Origin: Paramecium tetraurelia
Taxonomy: Eukaryota
NCBI GenBank assembly: GCA_000165425.1
Contig: CT868050.1
Span: forward strand, 186,001-221,018
DNA: 35,018 nt
Reading direction: 5' to 3'
Shown: piece by piece, positions 14,000 to 25,622 of the stretch
How the letters are laid out: each line of letters begins with the position of its first letter
Position numbering within the stretch: the first letter of the stretch is position 1
Program-made: the position numbers and the translations under genes
Notes under the pieces: model-generated
What the model was told of the DNA's origin: nothing
Database searches by the model: none
Seen by the model: the letters and a program-made list of their open reading frames with translations, nothing else

Positions 14000-16400
14000 C
14001 AGAATAATCATCAAGTTATAAAAAAATTATTATCATTCATAAATTTTTTAATTCACTATCAATTAAGATATTAATCCAAGTTTCATCTTTATTTTAATAA
14101 TAAGTCCTCATAATATGTTTAGATTTATAATGCTTTGAGGAATCCAATTTCATTATCCTATAAAATACTCTTTTCCTTTAGAATTTAAACTAAATGAAAC
14201 CATTTTCTGTGTTATATGTGGTTGAAAAAATCTATAAGTAGAATATCTGAATTATTCTTTTTATCCATTGAGTTTATTGGTCTGATTAAAGATAATATTT
14301 TAAGTTGTATTCCTCCCTTTTTAACAAATCCATTTTATTTATTTGAGACGTTTTCAATTAGAAATTAATCTATTTTATCATTAAGTCTAAACTCTGTAAA
14401 TTTATATAATGCACTAAATATAATAATAGGTCTCAATTGAGTATATTTGGAATTAATCTTGCTTCAAAAGTTTATTGTTAATATCCAAAGTACTTTGAAA
14501 TCATAAATTTTGAAACAATTGACATTTCCTGCATTTTCTTATTGCTCTATAAGAGATTTCATCCACTTTTATAACGTATCCATTCGACATGAGTTTTTAT
14601 AATTCTCAAACTGATATAATATTTAACTTTGGTAGCCTTGGTACCATAATTATATTATATGGAATCCTTTGAGATATGATATCCATCTATCTATAACATT
14701 GTCAAAGTACTAATCTTCCACTTATTAGATCATCATTCTGATTCAAGCAAAATTTCATTATTCCTCCTTCTTTTGAATTTGGATTTATTATTCTAATTTA
14801 TTTTAGCATTCTGTAGACCTATTTTTTATCTTTGCTTTCGAAATTTTAGGCTAAATATTGCATCATATCTCCTATAGTCTATTTCTTATATTTATTACTG
14901 GTATCCTTATTCTTTTTAAGTTATGACTCTTTTTTCCTTTAATTAATCTTAATATATTTATAAAAGTTTGTAAAATTATTCATCTTACTTTCCTCCTCTC
15001 TATAAAGTTCATATACTTTATTTATATCAGATTAAATTATATATTCTTTGTGATTATTAGTTTATTTAATATCAACTGTTAAAATTATTTTTGCATGATC
15101 AGATGTGTCTCTATGTAAGAGCTTATATGATTAACCAAATCTTGGAAATATATTTGTAGTTCATCAGTTTATAATTATTGTCATCTTTTCTTCTAAATAT
15201 TATATCATGGTCTTTAAGGACTTATAGAAAATTGTTAATACTGCCTTTCTATTATTGAAGTCACCACAAATAACAATTATCTAATTTCCTTTTAAGTTTA
15301 ATACATTGATATTTAGAGGTTATGTTATTAGAACAAAAACATTTAAATATTCCAAACACAACTCCTCCTGTCTTTATGTTTTTCCATAGTATTAATAATA
15401 TGTATAATTTGGACTATCATTTCATTTTCTTCCTTCTTGTTTCTTATAAACAAACAATGTGGCATTCTTCTTTCGTTATTTATTATTAAGTTTCATCTTT
15501 CATAGCACTTACATTCCAACTTAATATTTTTATTGTATGTTTAGTATGAATGCGGTTCCCATCAAATTTCATTTCATTCTCAATGTTTTAGGGACGGTAA
15601 ATTTGCCCCAGAATGTCGTGAGTACAACCCTGGCTCACTCATACTTATTCATCATTCCATCTATTAAAATATTACCTCTTTTATTAATATTCTTGATAAA
15701 TATTAAGATTATTATTATTTCTAATAAAAGGTCGATTTCCTTAGTTTTGCCTATTAGGATTTTGGTAGTTCTTTAAGGTCTCTATTATTAGTGATAATTC
15801 TGTTTATATTTATTCCTTTTGGCACTGACTCTTTTAATTGTTATCTCTTTGGATGATTTCTATATTTATTTAAAAAATTTGAAAAAAATTTTTTCATAGC
15901 AATTCATTCTGTATGAGCGNNNNNNNNNNNNNNNNNNNNNNNNNNNNNNNNNNNNNNNNNNNNNNNNNNNNNNNNNNNNNNNNNNNNNNNNNNNNNNNNN
16001 NNNNNNNNNNNNNNNNNNNNNNNNNNNNNNNNNNNNNNNNNNNNNNNNNNNNNNNNNNNNNNNNNNNNNGACCTAGAACATTCAAAGATATTCTTTCTTT
16101 TTATATGTCCATAAATTTATCTAGGTTAATTATATTTCTTGTCTGTTCAAGTGTAATTCTTGTGTAATTATTGGTATTATTTCACTTCTTCTTTCAATTT
16201 CGCTTCAATTTATTGATCTGGCTCGGCAACATGACTGCTATTTTCTTATTCTTCTTCTTCATCCTGAATTTCTCTTATTATTATACCTATGTTTTCATAT
16301 ATGTCTTATATTTCCTCTATTTTTTTCTCAGCCAGTTAATATTTCTCAATTTATTGTATTTATCAAACAATGAATATTATGAAGGGAACGTTATAAATGA
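14000..16400 (-). mobile_element. Decayed non-LTR retrotransposon (LINE-like): APE endonuclease plus reverse transcriptase, with upstream coiled-coil ORF1-like remnants; spans the N gap
   Basis: Minus-strand motifs in order. APE: IKILSWNV (~15530), HIVCLQETR (~15445), GGV, IIVICGDFN (~15265), TSDH (~15100). RT: FEARLIP, LRPIII (~14425), QNGF (~14335), LLIDF (~14235), degenerate IPQS (~14140). Many frameshifts and TGA stops; boundaries are approximate. Confidence 0.8.
15920..16069. other. Assembly gap (150 N)
   Basis: Run of n. Confidence 0.99.
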
Positions 16401-17147
16401 TTAAATGTAATTCTTAATTTTCATAAAGCGTACTCTGAATATGACAAATTTTCGAAAAAGGACCAAATTCAACAACAAATAATTTCTAATATGTATTTAA
16501 GTCTCCTCATAATTTTTCATGAAGTAATCAAAATTTATGTCAAATCAACCTGAGGAGAACTAATAAATGAGCGATAAATGAGATACAAGAGAATAGATTT
16601 TAGTTGAAGTAGATGATGTAGCTTAGGATTGCATATATATGGGATTTTAATTTCACTCCAAAGGTTGATGCATCTACTATATCTCAACATCGTCATGATC
16701 TCAATAATGGAATACCCAAGAATTTTAATTATAAAAGAAGATTCAATAAAATCTTCTATTTGCTTTAGTTGTAAATGTATAAAATCCTCACTACTTTATT
16801 TATTTACTTAAAATTTATAAATGCCAATTAATTTGATTATAATGTACTTTTCATTATAAGAATTCTACTATTTAAATAAATACAGAGTCTATGCTTTTAA
16901 AATGCAGTTGTTATAATGAATAACTAAATATTAGATTTATTGGAGTGTCATTTTTCAACTAGTGAATAATATTTTATATGGAATCAGTTCTAATTTAGTA
17001 TTTTAACTTTGTAGAATTGGTTATTTAAAAATAAAAATTTAAGGCTTCCTATTTGCATTTAATCATGTCCTCAGATAGTTTATTTATCATTTTTCATTAT
17101 TATTAAAATAACAAGATTATATAAATTAATTTATAATATATATTATA

Positions 17148-19736
17148 ATGCTTGAATATTTTAATAAATGGAAGAAGATAGATGACCTTCCTCCAATTGC
17201 TGATGAAATTAATTTCCAAGAAAATCAAAATATTTAACTATGTCAATAAAATATGAATCAAGTAATTAAGTAATAAGGCTAGGAGGAAAACGAAAATAAT
17301 TTAATATTTCTTGATCTAAAGGAGTTTGGAATTTAGGAATTACAAACAGAAGTCATAGAAATGTCTTAAATCATTGAAGAGTTCATGCAAAGGATATTCT
17401 AAAAATATTTGACATCTATAGATACCAATAATATTTATATGATAAATGAGGGAGGACTATTGGATAAAAAACACTAACTTAATTTTTATCATATTAAAAA
17501 CAATTCAATCATTAAATTCATAAAAATGAAATAGACCTATCCTGAAAAATGGATTATCATTATTAAAACTTTGACTGGAAAAACCTTAACGTTAGAAATA
17601 AATAATAAAGATATGTCTATTGAATAGTTGAAGATGTTAATACAAAATAGAGAAGGTATACCACCCGATTAATAAAGATTGATATTTGAAGGGATACTCT
17701 TATAAGATGGAAAAATGCTATGGGAATATAACATAGGACCTGAAAGTACTCTGTATCTAACCTTACGTTTAAGAGGTGGTTGTTTTCCTGGAAATGCTCC
17801 AATAAAACTTTTTAATGGAAGAACAAAAATAATAAAAGAGATTGAATTAGGTGATATTGTTATGTGTTATGATTTTGAATAAAAATAGTTTAAGTCGTCA
17901 ATAGTAGTTTTTAAGAAAATATCATCAGAAAAATAATAATTAATAGAAATTATAAGTGAGAATGGAAGTATTATTTGTACTCCTAATCATCCTATTTATA
18001 CTTAAACAGGATGGAAAGCGTTAGAACCACATCCAAATTTTTTTATTGAGAAATTAACTGTTACTGATCTTATATTTGATTCTAATGAAAGATTAGTAAA
18101 CATCCTCTAAATTAATTAACTAAAAGACACAGAAATTGTTTATAATATTACAACTTCATATCCAAATAACTTCATTGCTTTTGACTTCTTAGTACACAAT
18201 ATGAATAAAATATTCATTTAAATTAATGGGTTTAACGAAGAATTTGAAATACTACCTTATTTTTTAGTTTAAAATTTAAAAGTTATTATTGAAAAGAAAA
18301 AAGGAATACCTATGATTGATTAATAATTATATTATTAAGGAATACTAATGAAAGATCATTTTTCATTAGAAGATTATAAGCTATTACAAAATGGGACTGA
18401 ACCAGATCTGTTAATATTAAAAGTAATAAAATAATCTTAGAAATTGTAATATGAAATTAATTAGAATACAAATAGTGAAACATGTGTTTCAATAATAACA
18501 CATAATTCTTAATATCAATTATAAATTAAGAAGAATCAAAAAATAGGAAAGATAAAAAAAATATTAGAGTTTGTAGAATCTAGAGAATAAATAGAAAGAT
18601 CATTTATATTATGTAATGGAAAACCTTTACGGTCTAAAAATATAGACGAAAATAAAACAGATCTAGCAAATGTTTAAAGTATTTTCTTAATTGATTAACA
18701 ATCTGGAGGGATTTCTATGAGATTTACTTAAGAGATAAATGATCAGTAAGTTTAGACTGCATCTTAGCTAAAAGATTCTTTGTAGTGGTTAGGTAATCCA
18801 TAAATTAATGAATTTATTTAAGCAAATCTAGAAGAGATTAATGGGAATTAATAAAAAAAATATTATTATCAATAAATCCCCCTTCCCTGTATGATTGCAG
18901 TTAGATTATATACGTGTGACTTAATCTATAGAAAATTAAATAATGATTTAAGAACATCTGATTATAGAAGATGGAAGTAATACTTAAGATATTTAATGGA
19001 AGGTTTTCGACTTATGAAATATTATAAAGGAGTTGCATATCGTGGAATTAAAGATTATTAAAATACTACACTATATAAAAAGGGAAAGATTGTTTAATGG
19101 AGTGAAGTTACCAGTGTTTCATTAAATTATAAAATTGCATAACATTTCAGTAATAATAAAGGAATGATATTTAATATTTAACTAATAAGTGGCAAAGATA
19201 TATCCAAAATTTCAATTTATGAAGGAGAATAAGAATTAATAATGTATCCCTTTTCAACTTTTGTTGTTGATGAAGTTCAAATTAAACCAAATTAACCACA
19301 TATTGTAACAATGAGAGAATTACCTTTACCTAGATCGCATTGTGTGTTATTATGGGTCGATGACAATCCCGAAAACAATTTTAACTATGCTTACGAAGTA
19401 GAAAGATAAAACAACAATATTTCAGTTATATTTTGTACATCCACAAAAGATGCTATACTAATAATCTCAAAATATAACTGGATGATATATTTATCGGAAT
19501 CTTAATTTAGAGTTATTAGTGATATGGTAAGAATAGAAGATGGTAAACTGAATTATAATGCAGGGATAGAATTATTAATTCATTTATATTAAAAAATGAA
19601 ATACAAAAATAGAACTATCATATTTTGTGGAGATCAAAAGAGAGCTTAGGAAGAGTGCAGAAGTAGAAATATACAAGGAAATTTTGAAATTACTAATAAT
19701 GAACATGTTTTGAAATAGTTTCTTTAATTTAATTGA
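17148..19736 (+). CDS. BUBL-like polyprotein (862 aa): Ubl - ubiquitin-like(LRLRGG) - Hint/BIL - Ubl - Ubl(SGG) - ADP-ribosyltransferase (R-S-E) - receiver-like domain
   Basis: Single intronless frame in code 6 from ATG17148 (MLEYFNKWKK) to TGA19734-19736. Ub domain 17550-17780 (IKTLTGKT...EGIPPDQQRLIF...LRLRGG). Hint 17781-18200 (CFPGNAPI...CTPNHPIY...VYNI...FLVHN). ART motifs YRG 19038-19046, SVS 19113-19121 and EQE 19227-19235. Receiver-like LLWVDDNPENN from ~19347. Confidence 0.93.
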
Positions 19737-19775
19737 TAAATTATAATCATTTATTATTATTAGGATAAAGAATAA

Positions 19776-21313
19776 TCATTCAATATTAACTAATTAAGTT
19801 CGCTTTTTCTTAGAATAATTAAAATGTAGTTATGGCATTATATTATTATTAAATGGTTAAAGAATTTCTTCATTAAGTTCAAGATTGATACCTAAATTTA
19901 ATATTTATATAAAATAATACAATACTATTCTGCTTTTATTTCTTTGCATATGAGAAGCAAATAATTCTTAATTTTAAGAGTGAATTAATTTAGTTTCCTA
20001 ATATTAAAAGTTCCTTGTATTTTAATGATCTTCAATTAATTTTCCATAGATTCACCTTTAATAATGATTAATTCACTTGTTGAACTATCTAGAATACAAG
20101 CTAATAATAAATTAAATATTTTTGGAATTGTGTTTAAAAATATATCTGAGCCAACTAGTTAAATTTTTGATTTTGGATTACAAAAAGCTTAAATTTTAGA
20201 TACAGATTTCTTTAAACTTAAAATTTTTGATATCATTTATTTATTCCACATTTAAGTAATTTTATCTTACAGTTATATCTTATTAGCTAAATTATGGAAC
20301 TGATTATAATTAAAAGGTATATCTTCCTTTATTATTTTAATAAAAACAGTTAATAATTTTAGATATAATTGACTAACTTTATTGGCTTCCTAATTTTAAA
20401 TATGTAATTTTGATTAACTGGTTTGAATTAGGATAGTTGGTTGATTTCCAAAAAAGATAGAAAAATCAACTTAAATTAATTATTTATCAAACTTAACATT
20501 TAATGAATCATTCACAATTTCCAAATATTTTTAAGAGAATTCTTATAATTTATAAAATAAACACTGTTCTAAGGAGATATTGTCTACTTTGGCTTCTCTT
20601 AAAAAATTCATGACCTCAACTTATGATTGAATGGTTGGTGAAAATGTTGATGTTATACTTTAAAATTACAATTTTTCAACTTGATAATTGATTAAGATAA
20701 ACTTTTAATTGTGAAGAATCTATTTTAATATATTTTCCCATCTTTAATCCATTTTAGTTAACAGAAATTATGATCTTATTGCTTTATTATAAAAATAGAC
20801 AATAATAATTAATGATAAATTAGCTCCAAAGCCCAATATTATTGTAGTGATGTCAATACTAGGACTGTTTTATACTAGATGAAGTATTCTAAGTGAGTAC
20901 AATAAAATAATCGTCATTGTTGAATCTAAAAATTCAATTCCTAATATATTTATTATGTTAATGGCCATTTAATGTGCTCCTCTAAAATACATCGTTGGAG
21001 TATCTAAAAGTGGATCAAAGAAGATCACATAAATAGAAAAACAAATATTAATGTAAATAATTAATGCACGTTAGTGATATACGTTTTCGATATTAAAGAA
21101 TTTTGAAAGAGCTGTGAAAGCTATCATTCCAAGTGAAGGGTAAATGACTGCATAATTTTACATTATTAGAGCAATAGTTAGCTTGATGGACTAAAGCACA
21201 GTAAAAAATAGTAAGAATATTTTTAAATGAGTTCTTCTTCTTGGAGATTAATGCTCAAGTTAGTATTTCTATTCAATTGATTGATCTAGAAATTTTAATG
21301 TTACCTTATGCAT
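19776..21313 (-). CDS. Multi-pass membrane protein resembling the N-terminal sensor region of ciliate histidine kinases, without recognisable catalytic motifs
   Basis: MHKVTLKFLDQSIEQKYQ... then several hydrophobic helices and a soluble region. One intron at ~19892-19920 gives ...KKRTQLVNIE*. No H-box or G-boxes seen. Confidence 0.7.
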
Positions 21314-23323
21314 TCCTAATTATAAATATTTATTAAATTGTTCAATCAATTAGAAATTGTGAAATAAAATCAATTTAGTGATTTTAATTAAAATGATATA
21401 TTCATTTTGATATAGCTATATATGATATTCACAAAAAGGTTTTTGTTTTTTGTATTTGTCTATTTTATTTTCATAAGTTAATCTAAGAATTTAATTATTT
21501 ATTTTGCCTTAATTTCATCTAATGATTGTGAATAATTATATATAAATAATTTCGAAAACTTTTTAGTGTTTATTGAATATTTATTAGATTACATATTTCA
21601 TAATAATTGAATTGACCAAATGAAAACATATTACACAATTAAGATGTCAACTTTATGTTAGGCCTTTAGGGAGCTAAATTACAGACAAGTAAGTGTATCA
21701 TTTACCCTTCTATCATTTAAAAAAGTATCCACTTTTCCTTGCACTATGGATTTAATTTAATGAGAGATCAGCTTTCTTAATTTATGCAAGGTTCTCTTTT
21801 ATTCAAAAGAATATGATAATTATTAAAGAATAACAATCTTGAGTGCTTTCTTCTCTATTTATCAAAATAATTTATCTAAATTATGATTACCCACCCATTT
21901 TATACAAATTATACCTAAATTTGAGACTATCTTGCATTCAGATTTACAAGCATAGTTCCAAATTCCAAAATTTTCTTTTAGGCTACACTAATTAGAAAAT
22001 TTTACAAAATTAAAAAGTTGGAAACAGCCTCTTGATTTTGAATATATTTATTTTGGAAACAGCATCCAAAATACAGAAAAACCACAATTATAGTGAATCA
22101 TAAATTAGATACTAAACAAAGCCCTTATAAAATTATATAAAAATTAATTTCATAAATTACATATTTTGGTCCTTTATATAAGTTCTTAACTTTATTGAAG
22201 ATTAGGCTTATTCAATTCTTGCGAAGCATAGTCACAAAAAATAATATCTTTAAGGAAGAGGCGACCTAATTTTTAAACAGTTATTACCAGTATTTTTGAT
22301 GAAATACTGTATTTGAATTAGATTTGCTTTTAGTTAATATTACTATAAATTTATATTCATTAAAAGCAGATAAAATAAAAGGTCTAATTAATTGTTTCTC
22401 TTTTGACTTCTTAAAATTTTCCTGTTTTTTTAACAACTGAATTACATTTGGATTAAAATGAATTTTGATTATTAAATAATAATTATAAAAAATATCGCCT
22501 TTCCAAACGAAACTAAACCTTAACTCAAATATTACATTAAACTAAGACTTGAAAGAGCCAGAGGCTTTCATAAGTAATATTTAGTTTTTAAATTCTTGTT
22601 TTCTTTTCTTATAATCATAAATAAAAAAGAAGAAAAGCACAATTTACTGAAGAGTAGAAAATGAAATTAGAATTAAGAACTGCAGATAAGTACTTAAAAG
22701 CTTATCAAAATTAAATCCTAAAGATACAGGACTAATGTAAAACCCGGAGCTATTTTGCATCTAAGTTAATATTAATTGGGGAAATAATATTAAGGATAAA
22801 ATCAAATTAGTAATTAAATAGGATTAAAAATACAATAAAAGTATTTTAAGTAGGGATTAAAACTACATTTTCATAGTTAAGTATTTATAAATTCAAACAT
22901 TAAAAGCCATAATTAAAAAAAAAGTAAACGATCTGTTTTTTCACAAAAATTATATTGAAATATAAAATTGCATAACGTTTCAGTAGTAATATAGGATTGG
23001 TATCTAAAGTTCAACTCATAGTTTCTTATTATTGTTTCCCTCTCAATTATAGTATGAAATTTATCTGAAATCTGATCCATTTACAAATTTTTATGCTTGA
23101 ATCTTTTTTTGAAAATCACTCTAATTGTTAAGACCATTTATTAGAGTTAATGTAGGATTCCTGTTTGAATAGGTATCAAATACGTAATAATCTGTTATTA
23201 TTGATATGCGTGTGACCATTTTTGTACTATATTAATCAAGAATGATAATAAAAGTAATAAATTCAACATCTGAATAATTAGTTATCATATATAACTATTT
23301 TCTAATTGGAAATAAAAGATAAA

Positions 23324-24241
23324 ATGTTTAAATATTAACTACTTAATTAAATGAAGTAATATGAATAGTACTTGAAATGTTCATCAACAAGAAGTGCAAA
23401 AAAAAATACAGCGAAAGTTGGTTTCACACACCCAGAGCCATTCAACCAACATAAACACTTTAACTGATAATAAAATTTAATTAGAAACACATTAGAAACC
23501 TAAATGATAGATTAACCATGTACCTCCTTCAAAGAAGAGTTCAAAAAAATATCATCTAAAATTGGTAGTATTGTTACTCCTAGAAGTTATTTCCAATCTC
23601 CAATGCTATAAATTTATGAACATTAAGTTAAAGAATAGAAAACCAATGATATGCAGAATGAAAACACTTCTTTATAAGTAAGTTTTACTACAATCTCTAG
23701 TAAGAAATTGTAACTCTTCAACAGCAGATGCAAATTCAGAATGAATAAATTAAACATAAGGATATGGTTATTAAGAAATTAAACTTCACTATCTAATAGT
23801 ATCAAAAAAATAAATATAAATTAAAATGCTAGAGAATGAGTTAGCTCATAAAACTAATTAGATTTAACAATTCTCTAAGGTATTTCATTTCAATGATACA
23901 GCTAATTTATAATTTCTATCTCTCTAACTGCCATTACATACAGTATCCAAAATGAAATTTGATTTGTTATTTCAAAATAAGGAATTGTTAAATTATTAAA
24001 TCCTGTTCAATCCATGAGTCAAATCGTTGTACTTTGTTCGCGACACGAAGAACTTCCGATTGATCTCCTATTTAAATATAAATAATATGGATTGTTTGAA
24101 GAAGAATAGAAGATTAATGAGAAAGTAGAAGTCTTTGAATTGACCAAAGAAAATGGAAACTTGTTATCGAAAATATTGGATGATATCAAGAAACCTTTGA
24201 GAAGAATTCTTATCATCTCGTTGAAGGGTTTTAATTATTGA
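23324..24241 (+). pseudogene. Coiled-coil hypothetical gene, apparently disrupted (pseudogene or assembly errors)
   Basis: Coding-like frame from ATG23324 has an in-frame TGA at 23465-23467 and an apparent frameshift in the A-run near 23805. Canonical introns (e.g. 23678-23700). TGA at 24239-24241. Confidence 0.45.
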
Positions 24242-24303
24242 ACAAACATTGAATAAATATATTTACATTAGTTTATGATTATAAAATATACATATATCCT
24301 TAT

Positions 24304-25610
24304 TCATTCTTAAATCAGACTATCTGATTCCCATATATTTGAATAATCAATAAATAGAGTAGACTTATTAACACATTGCATACTTCCATATATTTCCAAT
24401 CCCAAAAAATACATTAATATGGGATAGATTAAGGTTACACACAATCCTAATATGATATGTCCGACCACTATGATTACAAGGTATGATTCATATTATTGTG
24501 GTTCAAAGTACTCCATCCCATACTAAACTGAAAATACCATTAAGTAAAAGATCATGATTCTGATAAAGAGAGTCAATCTTGTTCTGAATTTAGACTGCAC
24601 CTCATACAATCCTTCTTCATAGACTCCTCTGAAAATAACCAGTCCTAATTAATAGTTCTCTTTTGCTTACCCAACAATGCTCCTATGACAATAAAATATT
24701 AGCCATAGGAATGAGAAGTCGATCTCTAGAGGATGAATCCGGTTTCATCATTTAATTTTTCCAATCCATTCCTTACCCTACATTCCTAAACAGCATCCAT
24801 AAATTTATAATATAAATCAGAATTCTATGCATAGTAATTGCGGGAGTAGAAATCAGCTGATAAAGATAGTGTTAAAAATGCTAAAAACAAAGTAGCTGTA
24901 AAGAAGGTTAATTTGTGACTAGAATATTTGATATGCTTATAAAGGAATCTTAATTGTATTGATAGAATAATTACTTCTTTAGGTATTAATGCACAACATT
25001 CAGGTAAATCATATACATGCATAATGTAAATATGATGCCATAAACTACTTATCCAATAGAATGCACTCCTAGAATTACTCTGGATGAACAAACTATGAAA
25101 GCTATGATTGTGTAGAGAATTGCTTTAAAAAGTGGCACCTTCATTTCTTCTTCATTCTCAAAACGGTCAGCCTTATAGAGGGATATCATATAAGAGACAA
25201 TACAAATAGCATGACCTGAGGGTTTACCTAATTCTGCAATGCATTCTAAACTATAATAGAAGGGGAGATTACGTTTAAACATCTGTGTTGAACATATAGG
25301 GTCTGCCTTGATTATATACTTCTTTTAAAAACGCGTGTGTTCCTGTTAAAACACAACTGAATAAAATCAACAAAAGCACATCTAATTTCTTATTGAAACT
25401 CAGATATAGGTAGAGAAATATGATTTCGCATAGCAATAAAGAGGTACTCTTAATCAGATAGCTAAACTCAATAAACTAGGGATTCTTAATAGAAAAGATC
25501 AATTTGTAAGTGTATTAAAGTAATGTCTCATCGATGAAGAGATCCACTATTATGTAAATACCAAAAAGTATGATTCCTAGGATAGCGTTTTTCTTTGAAT
25601 TAAATTTCAT
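24304..25610 (-). CDS. PAP2-superfamily membrane phosphatase (G6Pase/S1P-phosphatase-like)
   Basis: All three PAP2 motifs are present: KEVYNQGRP, PSGH and SRVILGVHS. Multiple TM helices; short introns (e.g. 25251-25272, ~24950-24975). Confidence 0.88.
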
Positions 25611-25622
25611 TAATTTTAATAT

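Noticed and set aside
15894..16167. ORFs made mostly of X
   Set aside because: Artefacts of the assembly gap.
17168..17185. ATG17168 as start of the BUBL-like gene
   Set aside because: It hits TGA after five codons; the long frame starts at ATG17148.
17781..18200. Canonical mobile intein with homing endonuclease
   Set aside because: The domain is only 140 aa, has no LAGLIDADG/HNH domain, and its +1 residue is Met. It fits a BIL-type Hint domain instead.
21400..23300. Gene or TE in a long AT-rich interval
   Set aside because: I found no sustained frame, terminal repeats or motifs by eye.
23452..23483. IES explaining the in-frame TGA at 23465
   Set aside because: A 30-bp TA-TA deletion would restore the frame, but the ends do not resemble the IES consensus and TA pairs are abundant by chance.
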